DNA of 14,526 nt from contig CBFHOE010000012.1 of the NCBI GenBank assembly GCA_965657355.1, positions 28,478 to 43,003 of the forward strand, written 5' to 3'. This document shows, one piece after another, positions 1-8,035 of this stretch. Under the pieces are notes generated by a model that was not told the DNA's origin, did not search any database, and saw only the letters and a list, made by a program, of their open reading frames with translations. The DNA is from Limisphaerales bacterium. GTDB lineage: Bacteria > Verrucomicrobiota > Verrucomicrobiia > Limisphaerales > JAJOIW01. Position numbers and translations under genes: made by a program. Numbering within the stretch: the first letter of the stretch is position 1; each line of letters starts with the position of its first letter.

Positions 1-671
1 CGCATTTTCGTGGCCTCATTAAATACCTTCTGATAGTGCGGGTGGCTTTGATTTAACTCTCTTAATTTCTTTTCTAATAGATATAGTTTGTAGCGATAGA
101 GACTTAAGACCTCGCTTTTAAACCTCACTCCAAAAAGGTGATGATTGCTGGATGAATAAAACTCTTCTTGAGTCCTGTCTTCACCATTGATGATCAACGT
201 CTGATGCTTTGGAATCTCAAATTTTCTGCGTAAATGCTCGAATAGTGTTGGGTGCTCGGATTCAAACCCTTCGCCCAAGAATTTATTGTTAACATCTTTG
301 TAATTGGAATAACGACCTGTAAGTATATTTAGAGTTCCTTGTCCGTGCCCAACCTCAGAGTGACCTTCCTGGTCGTAATACATATTTGTGAAGGTCGTCC
401 CCAGCTTGCCAAGAACTTTTTGCGTAAAAGGAGCATAGGTATGGACGGGATCGATTGTTTCTCGGCGTCTGACGCCGCCTCCAAATCTTATGATGACCAC
501 ATTCGGTCCTTTGTAAGGGAGTGCTGCCGGCGCTTCTTGAAAATTAGCTGGATTTTTATTTACTGGGGATGTTTCCGGAGTCCCAGCGGTTATTTGAGGT
601 AGCATTCCCAATCCGCAGCCAGCCGCCACGGATTTCATGAAATGTCTCTTTGTGAATAACTTCTTCCTCAC
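1..671 (-). CDS. Tat-exported DUF1501-like / alkaline phosphatase superfamily protein, partial (runs off the left edge)
   Basis: Not in the ORF track. Manual translation gives a stop-free frame from GTG at 671 (alternative ATG at 638) to the window edge: MRKKLFTKRHFMKSVAAGCGLGMLPQITAG...GPNVVIIRFGGGVRRRETIDP...EVGHGQGTLNILTGRY...HPTLFEHLRRK. TKRHFMK resembles a Tat motif. NVVIIRFGGG...ETIDP and H-x8-TG resemble the DUF1501/AlkP-superfamily core motifs. Confidence 0.75.
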   Translation of the reverse strand, partial: MRKKLFTKRHFMKSVAAGCGLGMLPQITAGTPETSPVNKNPANFQEAPAALPYKGPNVVIIRFGGGVRRRETIDPVHTYAPFTQKVLGKLGTTFTNMYYDQEGHSEVGHGQGTLNILTGRYSNYKDVNNKFLGEGFESEHPTLFEHLRRKFEIPKHQTLIINGEDRTQEEFYSSSNHHLFGVRFKSEVLSLYRYKLYLLEKKLRELNQSHPHYQKVFNEATKM

Positions 672-749
672 ATCCCAGCTCAATATAAAAAGTGGATTTG
701 CCCGTACTATTATTGACAGCAAATCAATTAGGGCAATCTACTACGAAGT

Positions 750-857
750 CTACTTACGGTCACCCAGGAATTTATTTAAGATATATAAAAAGATAATAGG
801 AATTATCGCCCCGAATGCGAAGGTCATGATGATAGTAAGGCTAGGCATTGTAATCAT
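750..857 (-). CDS. Possible small single-pass membrane protein (35 aa)
   Basis: 3' part of ORF 750..959, from ATG 857: MITMPSLTIIMTFAFGAIIPIIFLYILNKFLGDRK. It has one clean hydrophobic helix and a basic tail, and lies on the same strand as the downstream gene. No Shine-Dalgarno is visible. Confidence 0.3.
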   Translation of the reverse strand: MITMPSLTIIMTFAFGAIIPIIFLYILNKFLGDRK

Positions 858-1292
858 ATTAAAATTTTTATCATCGGGAGATATTTTGAACCAGTAAAAA
901 CTGCAAAGCTCGAGGTGGTTTATTTCCTCTAATCTGCGTGAATGCCAAGATGTTTCCATTATTTTTTCAATAAAAAAGAGTATGCAATTGAAGCAAAACC
1001 AATTCTATTGTAACAGCGTCATCAATGGGGCTGGAGATGTGTGATTATTGGAAAAAAGAATGGCAATATTCCCCCACTAATACAAATTCGGCAGAATCCA
1101 ACTTCTGATAGATTTAGTAGGCTTGCTCCACCGCCTGAAACAAACCCATTCTCGTAATTCAAGCATTTTGCAAATTGGAGGTGCGCACAATGGTAAAATC
1201 TTTGCAATAGGTCATTAAATCGGTATCGATAATATTTGCCCAAAATAGGAGGGTTTTTGTTGAGTGAGTGGCGCGGTCTGATTATTGTGCCG

Positions 1293-1340
1293 AGGTTGAT
1301 TCATAATCGATGAGCCCGATTTTAAGACCGGGCTCGACCT
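1293..1340 (+). promoter_or_regulatory. GC-rich stem-loop in the gatB leader
   Basis: GAGCCCG (1312-1318) pairs with CGGGCTC (1329-1335). AGGTTGA (1293-1299) can pair with TCGACCT (1334-1340) with one G-U pair. The structure ends 22 nt before the gatB ATG. Confidence 0.35.
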
Positions 1341-1362
1341 GGAATAATATTAAAAGTGAACT

Positions 1363-2796
1363 ATGGAATATGAAGCAGTCATAGGTTTGGAGACTCACGT
1401 TCAGCTCAAAACCGAGACAAAGATGTGGTGTTCTTGCCGAAATGAATACGGCGGAGATCCCAATACTCAAGTATGTCCAGTGTGTCTAGGTTTTCCCGGT
1501 GCTCTGCCTGTGGCTAATGAGAGAGCATTGGAATTAACAGCGCTAACAGGGCTTTTGCTCAATTGTGAAATTCCTCGGAAAGCCCAATTTGACAGGAAAA
1601 ATTACTTTTATCCAGATAGCGCAAAAAATTACCAAATCACGCAGCTGGCCTATCCTTCTACTCAAAATGGCTATGTTGAATTTGAATTGAACGGTCAAAT
1701 TGAACGCATCAGGATAAACAGGGCCCATTTAGAGGAAGATGTTGGCAAAAGTTTCCACTTTGATAAAGAGTCGGGAGTTGATTTTAATAGAGGGGGTGTT
1801 CCGTTATTAGAAATCGTCACTGAACCGGATTTAACGAGTGCTGATATGGCTTACGAATATCTTAATGCACTGAAAGCCATCTTGGAATACGGGGGAATCA
1901 GCGATTGTGATATGGAAAAAGGAATGGTCCGTTGTGACGTTAATATCTCTGTCAGGCCTGTAGGAGAAAAAAAACTTGGTGAGAAGATTGAAATAAAAAA
2001 TATGAATAGTTTCTCGGGCGTGCGTCGAGCTCTTCTGCATGAAATACCAAGGCAGATTGAAGCTGTTAAGAATGGAGAAAAGCTGATCCAAGAAACAAGA
2101 AGGTGGGACGACATTGCTGGAATAACAGAAAGCATGAGAACTAAAGAAGACGCTCATGATTACCGGTATTTTCCGTGTCCTGACCTCATGCCCTTTGTCG
2201 TCAAAGATGAGTGGCTTGAGAAGGTAAAAGAAAAGGTGGTAGAGCTCCCATTAGCCAGAAAAAAGAGATTGATAAAAGATTTCGATATCTCGTCAGGCGA
2301 TGCGGACGTCTTCACCACGGATGTCGAATTAGGAGACTATTTTCAGGAAGTCGCCAAAGCCTCAAAAGATCAAAAACCTAAAAATATTGCCAATTGGATT
2401 GTCAATACGCTGCGAGGGGCAATGACGGATCATGGGATTTCTGTCAATGAGTTAAAGTTCGATATGAATCAGTTTATCGAACTCCTGAGCTTGCTTGAGG
2501 GGGGTAAAATTAGTCGAAATGCCGGATTGGAGGTTTTTGCTGAGATGTTTGAAAAAGGAACCTCTCCCGCAAAAATCGTTGAAAACAAGGGGCTCGCGCA
2601 AGTCAGCGACTCCGGGGCACTTGAAGCTTTTTGTGACGAGGCACTTTCGGCAAACCCTAAAAGTGTTGAAGATTTTAAAAACGGTAAGGGAGCAGCTCTT
2701 AATTTTTTAAAAGGCCAAGTGATGAGGTTAAGCAAGGGGAAAGCTAACCCTGCGGTAGTTGGTGAGTTATTAGAGAAAAAAATAAACAATCTATAA
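1363..2796 (+). CDS. gatB: Asp-tRNA(Asn)/Glu-tRNA(Gln) amidotransferase subunit B
   Basis: 477 aa with GatB signature motifs IGLETHVQL, CSC...CPVCLG, RKNYFYPD, HLEEDVGK, DFNRGGVPLLEIVTEP, RCDVNIS, EIKNMNS, QETRRWD, DYRYFPxPDL and the C-terminal GQVMRLSKGKANP. Confidence 0.98.
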   Translation: MEYEAVIGLETHVQLKTETKMWCSCRNEYGGDPNTQVCPVCLGFPGALPVANERALELTALTGLLLNCEIPRKAQFDRKNYFYPDSAKNYQITQLAYPSTQNGYVEFELNGQIERIRINRAHLEEDVGKSFHFDKESGVDFNRGGVPLLEIVTEPDLTSADMAYEYLNALKAILEYGGISDCDMEKGMVRCDVNISVRPVGEKKLGEKIEIKNMNSFSGVRRALLHEIPRQIEAVKNGEKLIQETRRWDDIAGITESMRTKEDAHDYRYFPCPDLMPFVVKDEWLEKVKEKVVELPLARKKRLIKDFDISSGDADVFTTDVELGDYFQEVAKASKDQKPKNIANWIVNTLRGAMTDHGISVNELKFDMNQFIELLSLLEGGKISRNAGLEVFAEMFEKGTSPAKIVENKGLAQVSDSGALEAFCDEALSANPKSVEDFKNGKGAALNFLKGQVMRLSKGKANPAVVGELLEKKINNL

Positions 2797-2838
2797 TATT
2801 CTCGTATATCACCCTGCATTAGACGAAATAAATTACCA

Positions 2839-4230
2839 ATGAGTCAAAATAGGCATTTTCATTTTGTTGGGCTTTGCGGGACAGGAATGGCCTCGGTAGC
2901 AGTGGAATTAAAAAATCGAGGCTGTAAAGTAACTGGGTCTGACCGAGATGCATACCCCCCAATGTCAACCTTTCTTGAGGAAAATGATATTCCTCTTCAC
3001 TTGGGGTTTTCTGAGAATAATTTAAACCCAACTCCAGATGTTGTAGTTATTGGCAACTCTATCTCACGAGGAAATCCAGAGGCCGAATTAGTGTTCGAGA
3101 AGCGGTTGGCATACACGTCACTTGCGGGGTTGCTTTCTAATGAATTTTTGGCTTCAAAAAAATGTATTGTAGTTACGGGGACACACGGAAAGACGACAAC
3201 GACATCACTTTTAGCTTGGATATTGGAAAAAGCAGGACTCAATCCTGGGTTTTTTATAGGAGGTATACCCGGAAATTTTGGGAAAGGTGCTCGATTTACT
3301 GATTCCGAATACTTTGTTTTGGAAGGAGACGAATATGATACCGCCTTTTTTGATAAGCGAAGTAAGTTCATTCATTACAAACCCGACATCGCCATCATAA
3401 ATAATCTGGAATTTGACCACGCGGATATTTTTGAAAATTTGGATGCCGTAAAAAGAACATTTCGCCATTTTATCAATTTGATTCCAAGGAATGGATTGCT
3501 ACTCGCTAACGGAGACGACCAAAACGTAAGATCTATTACAAACATAGAATTTTGCCCAGTCCGATATTTTGGGATCTCAGATAGCAATGAATATACCTTG
3601 ACGCCTGCTCAAGAATCTACGAGTAATACCTCTTTCGATTTAGGTGGGTCCTATTTCAGTGTTCCACTTGTTGGAGAGTTTAATATGAGAAATGCTTCTG
3701 CCGCGATTCTTGCTGCTCGACAATGTGGAGTAAAAGATACCGAGATTCAAAACGCCCTGGATACATTTTCTGGTATAAAACGCAGGTTGACAGTCTTTGG
3801 TGAATCGGCTGGTGTCACAATCATTGATGATTTTGCTCATCATCCAACAGCAATCGCACAAACGCTATCCGCGCTAAAGAAACTTTATCCAAATCGACGA
3901 ATTGTTGCTTGCTTCGAGCCTAGATCAAACACGACACGTCGTCACTTTTTTCAAGAATCTCTTCCCGTCGCCCTTGGCGTTGCTGATCTTGTTTACATAG
4001 CTGAAATTGCACGTAAAGAACAGTTAGATCCCTCCGAAAGGCTGAATGAAAAGCAGGTTATTCTTGATCTTAATAATCTAGGTAAACAAGCAGGTTTTTT
4101 CCCCTCGCCAAATGATATTATCAACCACTATTTACCGAGGAAAAGTCATGGTGATTTATTTGTTGTTTTATCAAATGGTGGCTTTGGAGGTATACATGGG
4201 ATGTTGTTAAATGCTCTCGAAAGCCTCTGA
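2839..4230 (+). CDS. mpl: UDP-N-acetylmuramate:L-alanyl-gamma-D-glutamyl-meso-diaminopimelate ligase (murein peptide ligase, MurC family)
   Basis: 463 aa with HFVGLCGTGM, GSD...YPPMS, GNxxSRGNPE, P-loop GTHGKTTT, EGDEYDTAFFDKRSKF, NNLEFDHADIF, DDFAHHPTAI, FEPRSNT and SNGGFGGIH. The EPRSNT and AFFDKRSKF motifs favour Mpl over MurC. Confidence 0.93.
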   Translation: MSQNRHFHFVGLCGTGMASVAVELKNRGCKVTGSDRDAYPPMSTFLEENDIPLHLGFSENNLNPTPDVVVIGNSISRGNPEAELVFEKRLAYTSLAGLLSNEFLASKKCIVVTGTHGKTTTTSLLAWILEKAGLNPGFFIGGIPGNFGKGARFTDSEYFVLEGDEYDTAFFDKRSKFIHYKPDIAIINNLEFDHADIFENLDAVKRTFRHFINLIPRNGLLLANGDDQNVRSITNIEFCPVRYFGISDSNEYTLTPAQESTSNTSFDLGGSYFSVPLVGEFNMRNASAAILAARQCGVKDTEIQNALDTFSGIKRRLTVFGESAGVTIIDDFAHHPTAIAQTLSALKKLYPNRRIVACFEPRSNTTRRHFFQESLPVALGVADLVYIAEIARKEQLDPSERLNEKQVILDLNNLGKQAGFFPSPNDIINHYLPRKSHGDLFVVLSNGGFGGIHGMLLNALESL

Positions 4231-4275
4231 TAGGTCTAGAGTTTTGATCCTGCGACCAATGATAATGAAGTTCAC

Positions 4276-4305
4276 AACTGCGATTAAATCGCGGTTATTT
4301 GTTTT
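4276..4305 (+). terminator. Candidate intrinsic terminator after mpl
   Basis: AACTGCGAT-TAA-ATCGCGGTT hairpin (9 bp, one G-U) followed by ATTTGTTTT, between convergent genes. Confidence 0.45.
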
Positions 4306-4330
4306 GAGTGATTGGTGAAATGAATGAAAT

Positions 4331-6169
4331 CTAGACTTTATATTTAAAATAGAAGCTTCTGAATTTTTCTATTCCTTTGTTAGATTTTTCGATGACACGT
4401 TGAGTGGAAAAATATTTTAAAAATCCCCATCCTAAAAAGAAAGCAAGGAAATAAAACCATTCTCCTAACGACAAAAGGTGTGCGCCTAATTCATGAGAGC
4501 CCAGTAATTGACTACTGAAGGCTATCGGTAAGATCTGGTTGAAAATATATAGAAGCAAAATAAAGCTAATAACTGGAAAAAGTATGATTGTTGTAAAAAT
4601 ACTCGTCATACATCCTGATATGGTCTTTTTACTGATTCCAATTCCGGTGGAATATCTCAGTAATTGATTCCAGTCCAAAAAATTCATCGTCAACATGACA
4701 AATGTTAAGGTGATGGGAAAATGTCTCAATTCTTTAGATAATGCATTTAATACGTTACTAAATTCAGTCGGCGATAAAAAGAAAATCACAGAGGAGCAAA
4801 TAAACAATTGAAGAATGATACATATATAGAAAAATCTGGCAGTCCATTTGTATCTGCTGATCATATGGGAAAACGATGTCATCATTCCCTGAATAAACGT
4901 GGAATCTTTGACTGGGGTTGTGAGGATTAGTTCCATTCCCCCAGATTTGGAATCTTCATTAATTTTTCTGCATATTTCAAAGCCAGCAATGAGTTTAAAG
5001 ATCAACTCAAAAATAAAGGCCATCGGTAAAAGCACGAAAGCGGGCCTGCATATAAAATTGGCTTTTGCGATGGCTGACATGGGAGGCCAATTAATCGTCA
5101 TAGCATAAACGACGACGATAAGCATGAGCAAAAACAAGGCTTCAAAAGTGGCGTAGATTGATAATTGCCAAGCCGGAGTCTTGATATCTCTTTTCCAAAA
5201 GACAGAGATCGGGTTTGCGTGATCCATTATCTTGCCAGTCGGCTTATGTTTGATTGGCTTGGACTCTTTTAAAGATATTGATTTTAAATTGTGAACAGGA
5301 TTTGAAGCCCAGGCAATCCATCTATCGAATACAAGCCTCGTCTTGGACACCTTCTTTTGGGGCTGAATTTCAAATTGCCACCTTTTAATGAGTGAATCTT
5401 TTGAGAGCTTGATAATGAAAAAACTCATAGAGGACCAGCATATGGCGTGGATAGAAATGGCTGCGAATTTAGATATCACGATTCCTGAGATTCCAAAATT
5501 TGGAAGAATCCCTCCTCCAAACCCTTGATTGAAAATATATCCAATGGTTGCTTGAGGAAAAAATATCATCTCGTTAAATGGTGAGATTTTTAATGGAAGT
5601 ATTGCTCCAAAAACAAAGAAAAGCATGGGGCTAACAAAAAGAAATGAAGCCGTTGCTAAAAAAGTTTTTCTGGAGGCTTTAAACAAAGAGCTGATGTAAA
5701 TTCCAACGCTGCTCGATACAAGAAACGTGATGTAAATCGAATACGTTGCAATAAAAACTTCATAAAACCCCACCCCGCCGGCCAGGAATGGAACAGAAAA
5801 TACAGGGATTAGTGCCAGGATATTTAGCTGGAAACAAATAGAACTAGAGAGCCATTTACCAAAAATAATCCCCAAAGGTTTTAATGGTGTCATCAAAAGA
5901 AGCCCCAGTGTTCCTTCCCTTCGTTCTTTACTTATAGAGTCAAACACACTGAATCCACCGACAAGCCAAGCTATTATGGAACAGATGATGGTGAGTTCTC
6001 CTAGAACTTCTTTGCCGCTAGAGGCATCAATATCTCGTTGATCTAGAAACAGAATAGAAAATAAAATAAGACAAGGTATGGCCACTGAAAGGATTCGGAC
6101 ATTATAACTACTTTTACTTCGAGCTAGTTCGGTGAGCTCTCTCCATGTCGTGATCCAAACCCCTTTCAT
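4331..6169 (-). CDS. ABC-2-type transporter permease-like membrane protein with two repeated halves
   Basis: Polytopic hydrophobic protein with SISKERREGTLGLLLMTPL...IIFGKW, and a second copy KINEDSKSGGMELILTTPV...FIQG. I placed the start at ATG 6169 (MKGVWITTWREL, preceded by AAAGGGAAA), giving 612 aa, rather than the track's 6319. Confidence 0.8.
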   Translation of the reverse strand: MKGVWITTWRELTELARSKSSYNVRILSVAIPCLILFSILFLDQRDIDASSGKEVLGELTIICSIIAWLVGGFSVFDSISKERREGTLGLLLMTPLKPLGIIFGKWLSSSICFQLNILALIPVFSVPFLAGGVGFYEVFIATYSIYITFLVSSSVGIYISSLFKASRKTFLATASFLFVSPMLFFVFGAILPLKISPFNEMIFFPQATIGYIFNQGFGGGILPNFGISGIVISKFAAISIHAICWSSMSFFIIKLSKDSLIKRWQFEIQPQKKVSKTRLVFDRWIAWASNPVHNLKSISLKESKPIKHKPTGKIMDHANPISVFWKRDIKTPAWQLSIYATFEALFLLMLIVVVYAMTINWPPMSAIAKANFICRPAFVLLPMAFIFELIFKLIAGFEICRKINEDSKSGGMELILTTPVKDSTFIQGMMTSFSHMISRYKWTARFFYICIILQLFICSSVIFFLSPTEFSNVLNALSKELRHFPITLTFVMLTMNFLDWNQLLRYSTGIGISKKTISGCMTSIFTTIILFPVISFILLLYIFNQILPIAFSSQLLGSHELGAHLLSLGEWFYFLAFFLGWGFLKYFSTQRVIEKSNKGIEKFRSFYFKYKV

Positions 6170-6196
6170 TTTCCCTTTATTCGCCCTGAATTTTAG

Positions 6197-6230
6197 CAAT
6201 ATATTGATATTGATACAATCAAGCTTGATT
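6197..6230. promoter_or_regulatory. Two perfect palindromes in a divergent intergenic region (candidate operator sites)
   Basis: CAATATATTG (6197-6206) and AATCAAGCTTGATT (6217-6230). Confidence 0.3.
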
Positions 6231-6396
6231 TTCTGTGTTATGTTATTTTTGTCTGTCCACAGAGCAAGATGTTTACTCAAAACATTTTTCCCTGGAAAAT
6301 CCGTCACAACGAACTGCAAGCTGATTTGGGAGGATGCACAACAGTGTAGAATTTCTTTTTTCTTGAAAATGACCGAGGAATTATCATCTTGGATTC

Positions 6397-6888
6397 ATGC
6401 AGAAGAGAATTTTACGATATTTGATTTTTTGCCTAACAGCAGTGGTTGCAGCTTGCGGGGGAGATAAAGTTGTTCACAACAACCAAAACCACAATGACGG
6501 TCATCACCATCATCATGAGCCGCCGCATGGTGGGGTTCCGGTTGTTTTGGGTAATGAAGAATTTCACCTGGAACTTTTAATTGATAATTCTAGTAGCAAA
6601 ATGATGATGTATATCTTGGATGCTCATATGGAAAATTTTATTAGGATTTCTTCAAACGAGATTGCTATGAAAGTTTCATCTGATGGAACGGAAAGAGAGC
6701 TTAAATTTATGGCGCAATCTTCGAATTCCACAGGTGAGACTGTCGGGGATACGTCATTTTTTGCTGCTGAAGATGACGTGATTAAAGAGTTGACCGAATT
6801 CGAAGTCGTTATTCCTGAAATTTCTATAAAAGGCTCAACATATACAAACGTCGCTTTTCCGTTTCCTGAAGGAAATGAGCCACATTAA
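6397..6888 (+). CDS. His-rich putative metal-binding lipoprotein (PHGG motif)
   Basis: 163 aa. Signal peptide with lipobox VAA-C20, then HNNQNHNDGHHHHHEPPHGGVPVVLGNEEFHLELL, followed by YILDAH and an acidic, probably beta-rich domain. Confidence 0.8.
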   Translation: MQKRILRYLIFCLTAVVAACGGDKVVHNNQNHNDGHHHHHEPPHGGVPVVLGNEEFHLELLIDNSSSKMMMYILDAHMENFIRISSNEIAMKVSSDGTERELKFMAQSSNSTGETVGDTSFFAAEDDVIKELTEFEVVIPEISIKGSTYTNVAFPFPEGNEPH

Positions 6889-6919
6889 ATCTTCATAAGT
6901 TACCCCTAAATTCCTCTTA

Positions 6920-7894
6920 TCATTCTGGTGTCACAAACAACCTTTGGATGGTTAATATCGCGGTGACTGTGAATATAGCAATGCATGTAGAGTAAAAAAC
7001 TACAGCTGCCGCGTATCGGCTATCTGCCTTCAAATCGTGAGCTAATAGGGCTGTGTTCACAGCCGTTGGAGCACCTGCTCCGAGTATTAGGATAGCGGCT
7101 ATCGAATGCGGGAGTTTCCAAAGAACAGTCAGCCCAAGGGCAATCAAGGGCCCCACAACCAATCTAAGAAGTAACGCTAATCCTATAAATTTATCTACTT
7201 TAGGAGGGCTTGTTTTTGATAATTGGACGCCTAAGGTAACCAGGGCAATAGACACGAGCCCTCTGTCTATATATTGCAAAGGGGCCCAAATATATTTCCA
7301 ATCAGCGACGGGGATTTGAAATTTTATGCAGATTATGCCAAGGCTAATAGCATAAACCGGAGTTAGTTTGAAAAGTCCAAGGACAATCTCAGCAAAGGGT
7401 TTTTTACTCCCATACCCACTTGCTAAAAACATCCCAATGGTGAAAGTGGACAAATTCATGGTTAGCAGCGCATAAATATGAATGCTCGCTCCATTTTCCG
7501 GGTAGGCCAATGCCATCATGGGTATACCCCAATTCCCACAATTATAAAACATGGTGCTGAGAAAGAAGGATCTTGATTTTGAAGGTTCCCAGTTTTGCCA
7601 AACAGTTATTAAAAAACCGATCACGAAGGTTGCCGCGATCACGGATAAGGTGAAAAAGACCACACTAGTGCCTTGTAACTCAGTTTCGCGAGTTGAGCTC
7701 TCAACGACTTTTACGAAAATGAAGCCAGGAACAAAAATATGAATGTTTAATTTAACTAAAGTGGCAAGATCCAGATTGTATTTTTTATCCAGAATGATGC
7801 CTATACTTATCAATACGACAATAGGAAGACAGACGTCACGGAAGAGAAACCAAAAAAATGTAAGTGCTTCAATCAAGGGACTAATCAATTCCAC
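6920..7894 (-). CDS. AEC (auxin efflux carrier) family secondary transporter
   Basis: 324 aa, about 10 hydrophobic segments, with AEC-type motifs FYNCGNWGIP, ALVTLGVQL, LRLVVGPLIA, APTAVNTALLA and AVVFYST. GTG start. Confidence 0.88.
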   Translation of the reverse strand: MELISPLIEALTFFWFLFRDVCLPIVVLISIGIILDKKYNLDLATLVKLNIHIFVPGFIFVKVVESSTRETELQGTSVVFFTLSVIAATFVIGFLITVWQNWEPSKSRSFFLSTMFYNCGNWGIPMMALAYPENGASIHIYALLTMNLSTFTIGMFLASGYGSKKPFAEIVLGLFKLTPVYAISLGIICIKFQIPVADWKYIWAPLQYIDRGLVSIALVTLGVQLSKTSPPKVDKFIGLALLLRLVVGPLIALGLTVLWKLPHSIAAILILGAGAPTAVNTALLAHDLKADSRYAAAVVFYSTCIAIFTVTAILTIQRLFVTPE

Positions 7895-7976
7895 TTAGTA
7901 AAAGAGAATTCAATTAAAATCACTCTTATACTTTATGACAATACGGCGGTGCCAAAAATAAATAACTGACACGCGT

Positions 7977-7989
7977 TGTAATATTTACA
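7977..7989. promoter_or_regulatory. Candidate Fur/Zur-family operator
   Basis: TGTAA-TAT-TTACA inverted repeat in the divergent region between the AEC gene and the ZnuA-like gene. It resembles the GTAATnATTAC core of Firmicutes Zur boxes with one mismatch. Confidence 0.3.
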
Positions 7990-8035
7990 TTAATTTCCTT
8001 GCTTGAATATGAGGGGATTCAGAATAATTTCACCA

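Noticed and set aside
339..897. Plus-strand ORFs 339..602 and 637..897
   Set aside because: They are antisense to the better supported minus-strand DUF1501-like gene and small ORF, and show no recognisable motifs.
1022..1243. 73-aa minus-strand ORF in the intergenic region before gatB
   Set aside because: It has a TTG start, no recognisable motif and atypical composition, so it is probably a chance frame. I also saw no tRNA cloverleaf or known riboswitch in 960-1290.
1282..3861. Many short minus-strand and alternate-frame ORFs over gatB and mpl
   Set aside because: They are shadow frames of well-supported housekeeping genes.
2839..4230. Annotation as murC
   Set aside because: Mpl-type motifs (CGTGM, YPPMS, AFFDKRSKF, EPRSNT, SNGGFGGIH) are present and there is no dcw-cluster context.
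6132..6467. 111-aa plus-strand ORF and the 50-aa N-terminal extension of the permease to 6319
   Set aside because: Both cross a palindrome-rich divergent promoter region and overlap better starts (ATG 6169 and ATG 6397).
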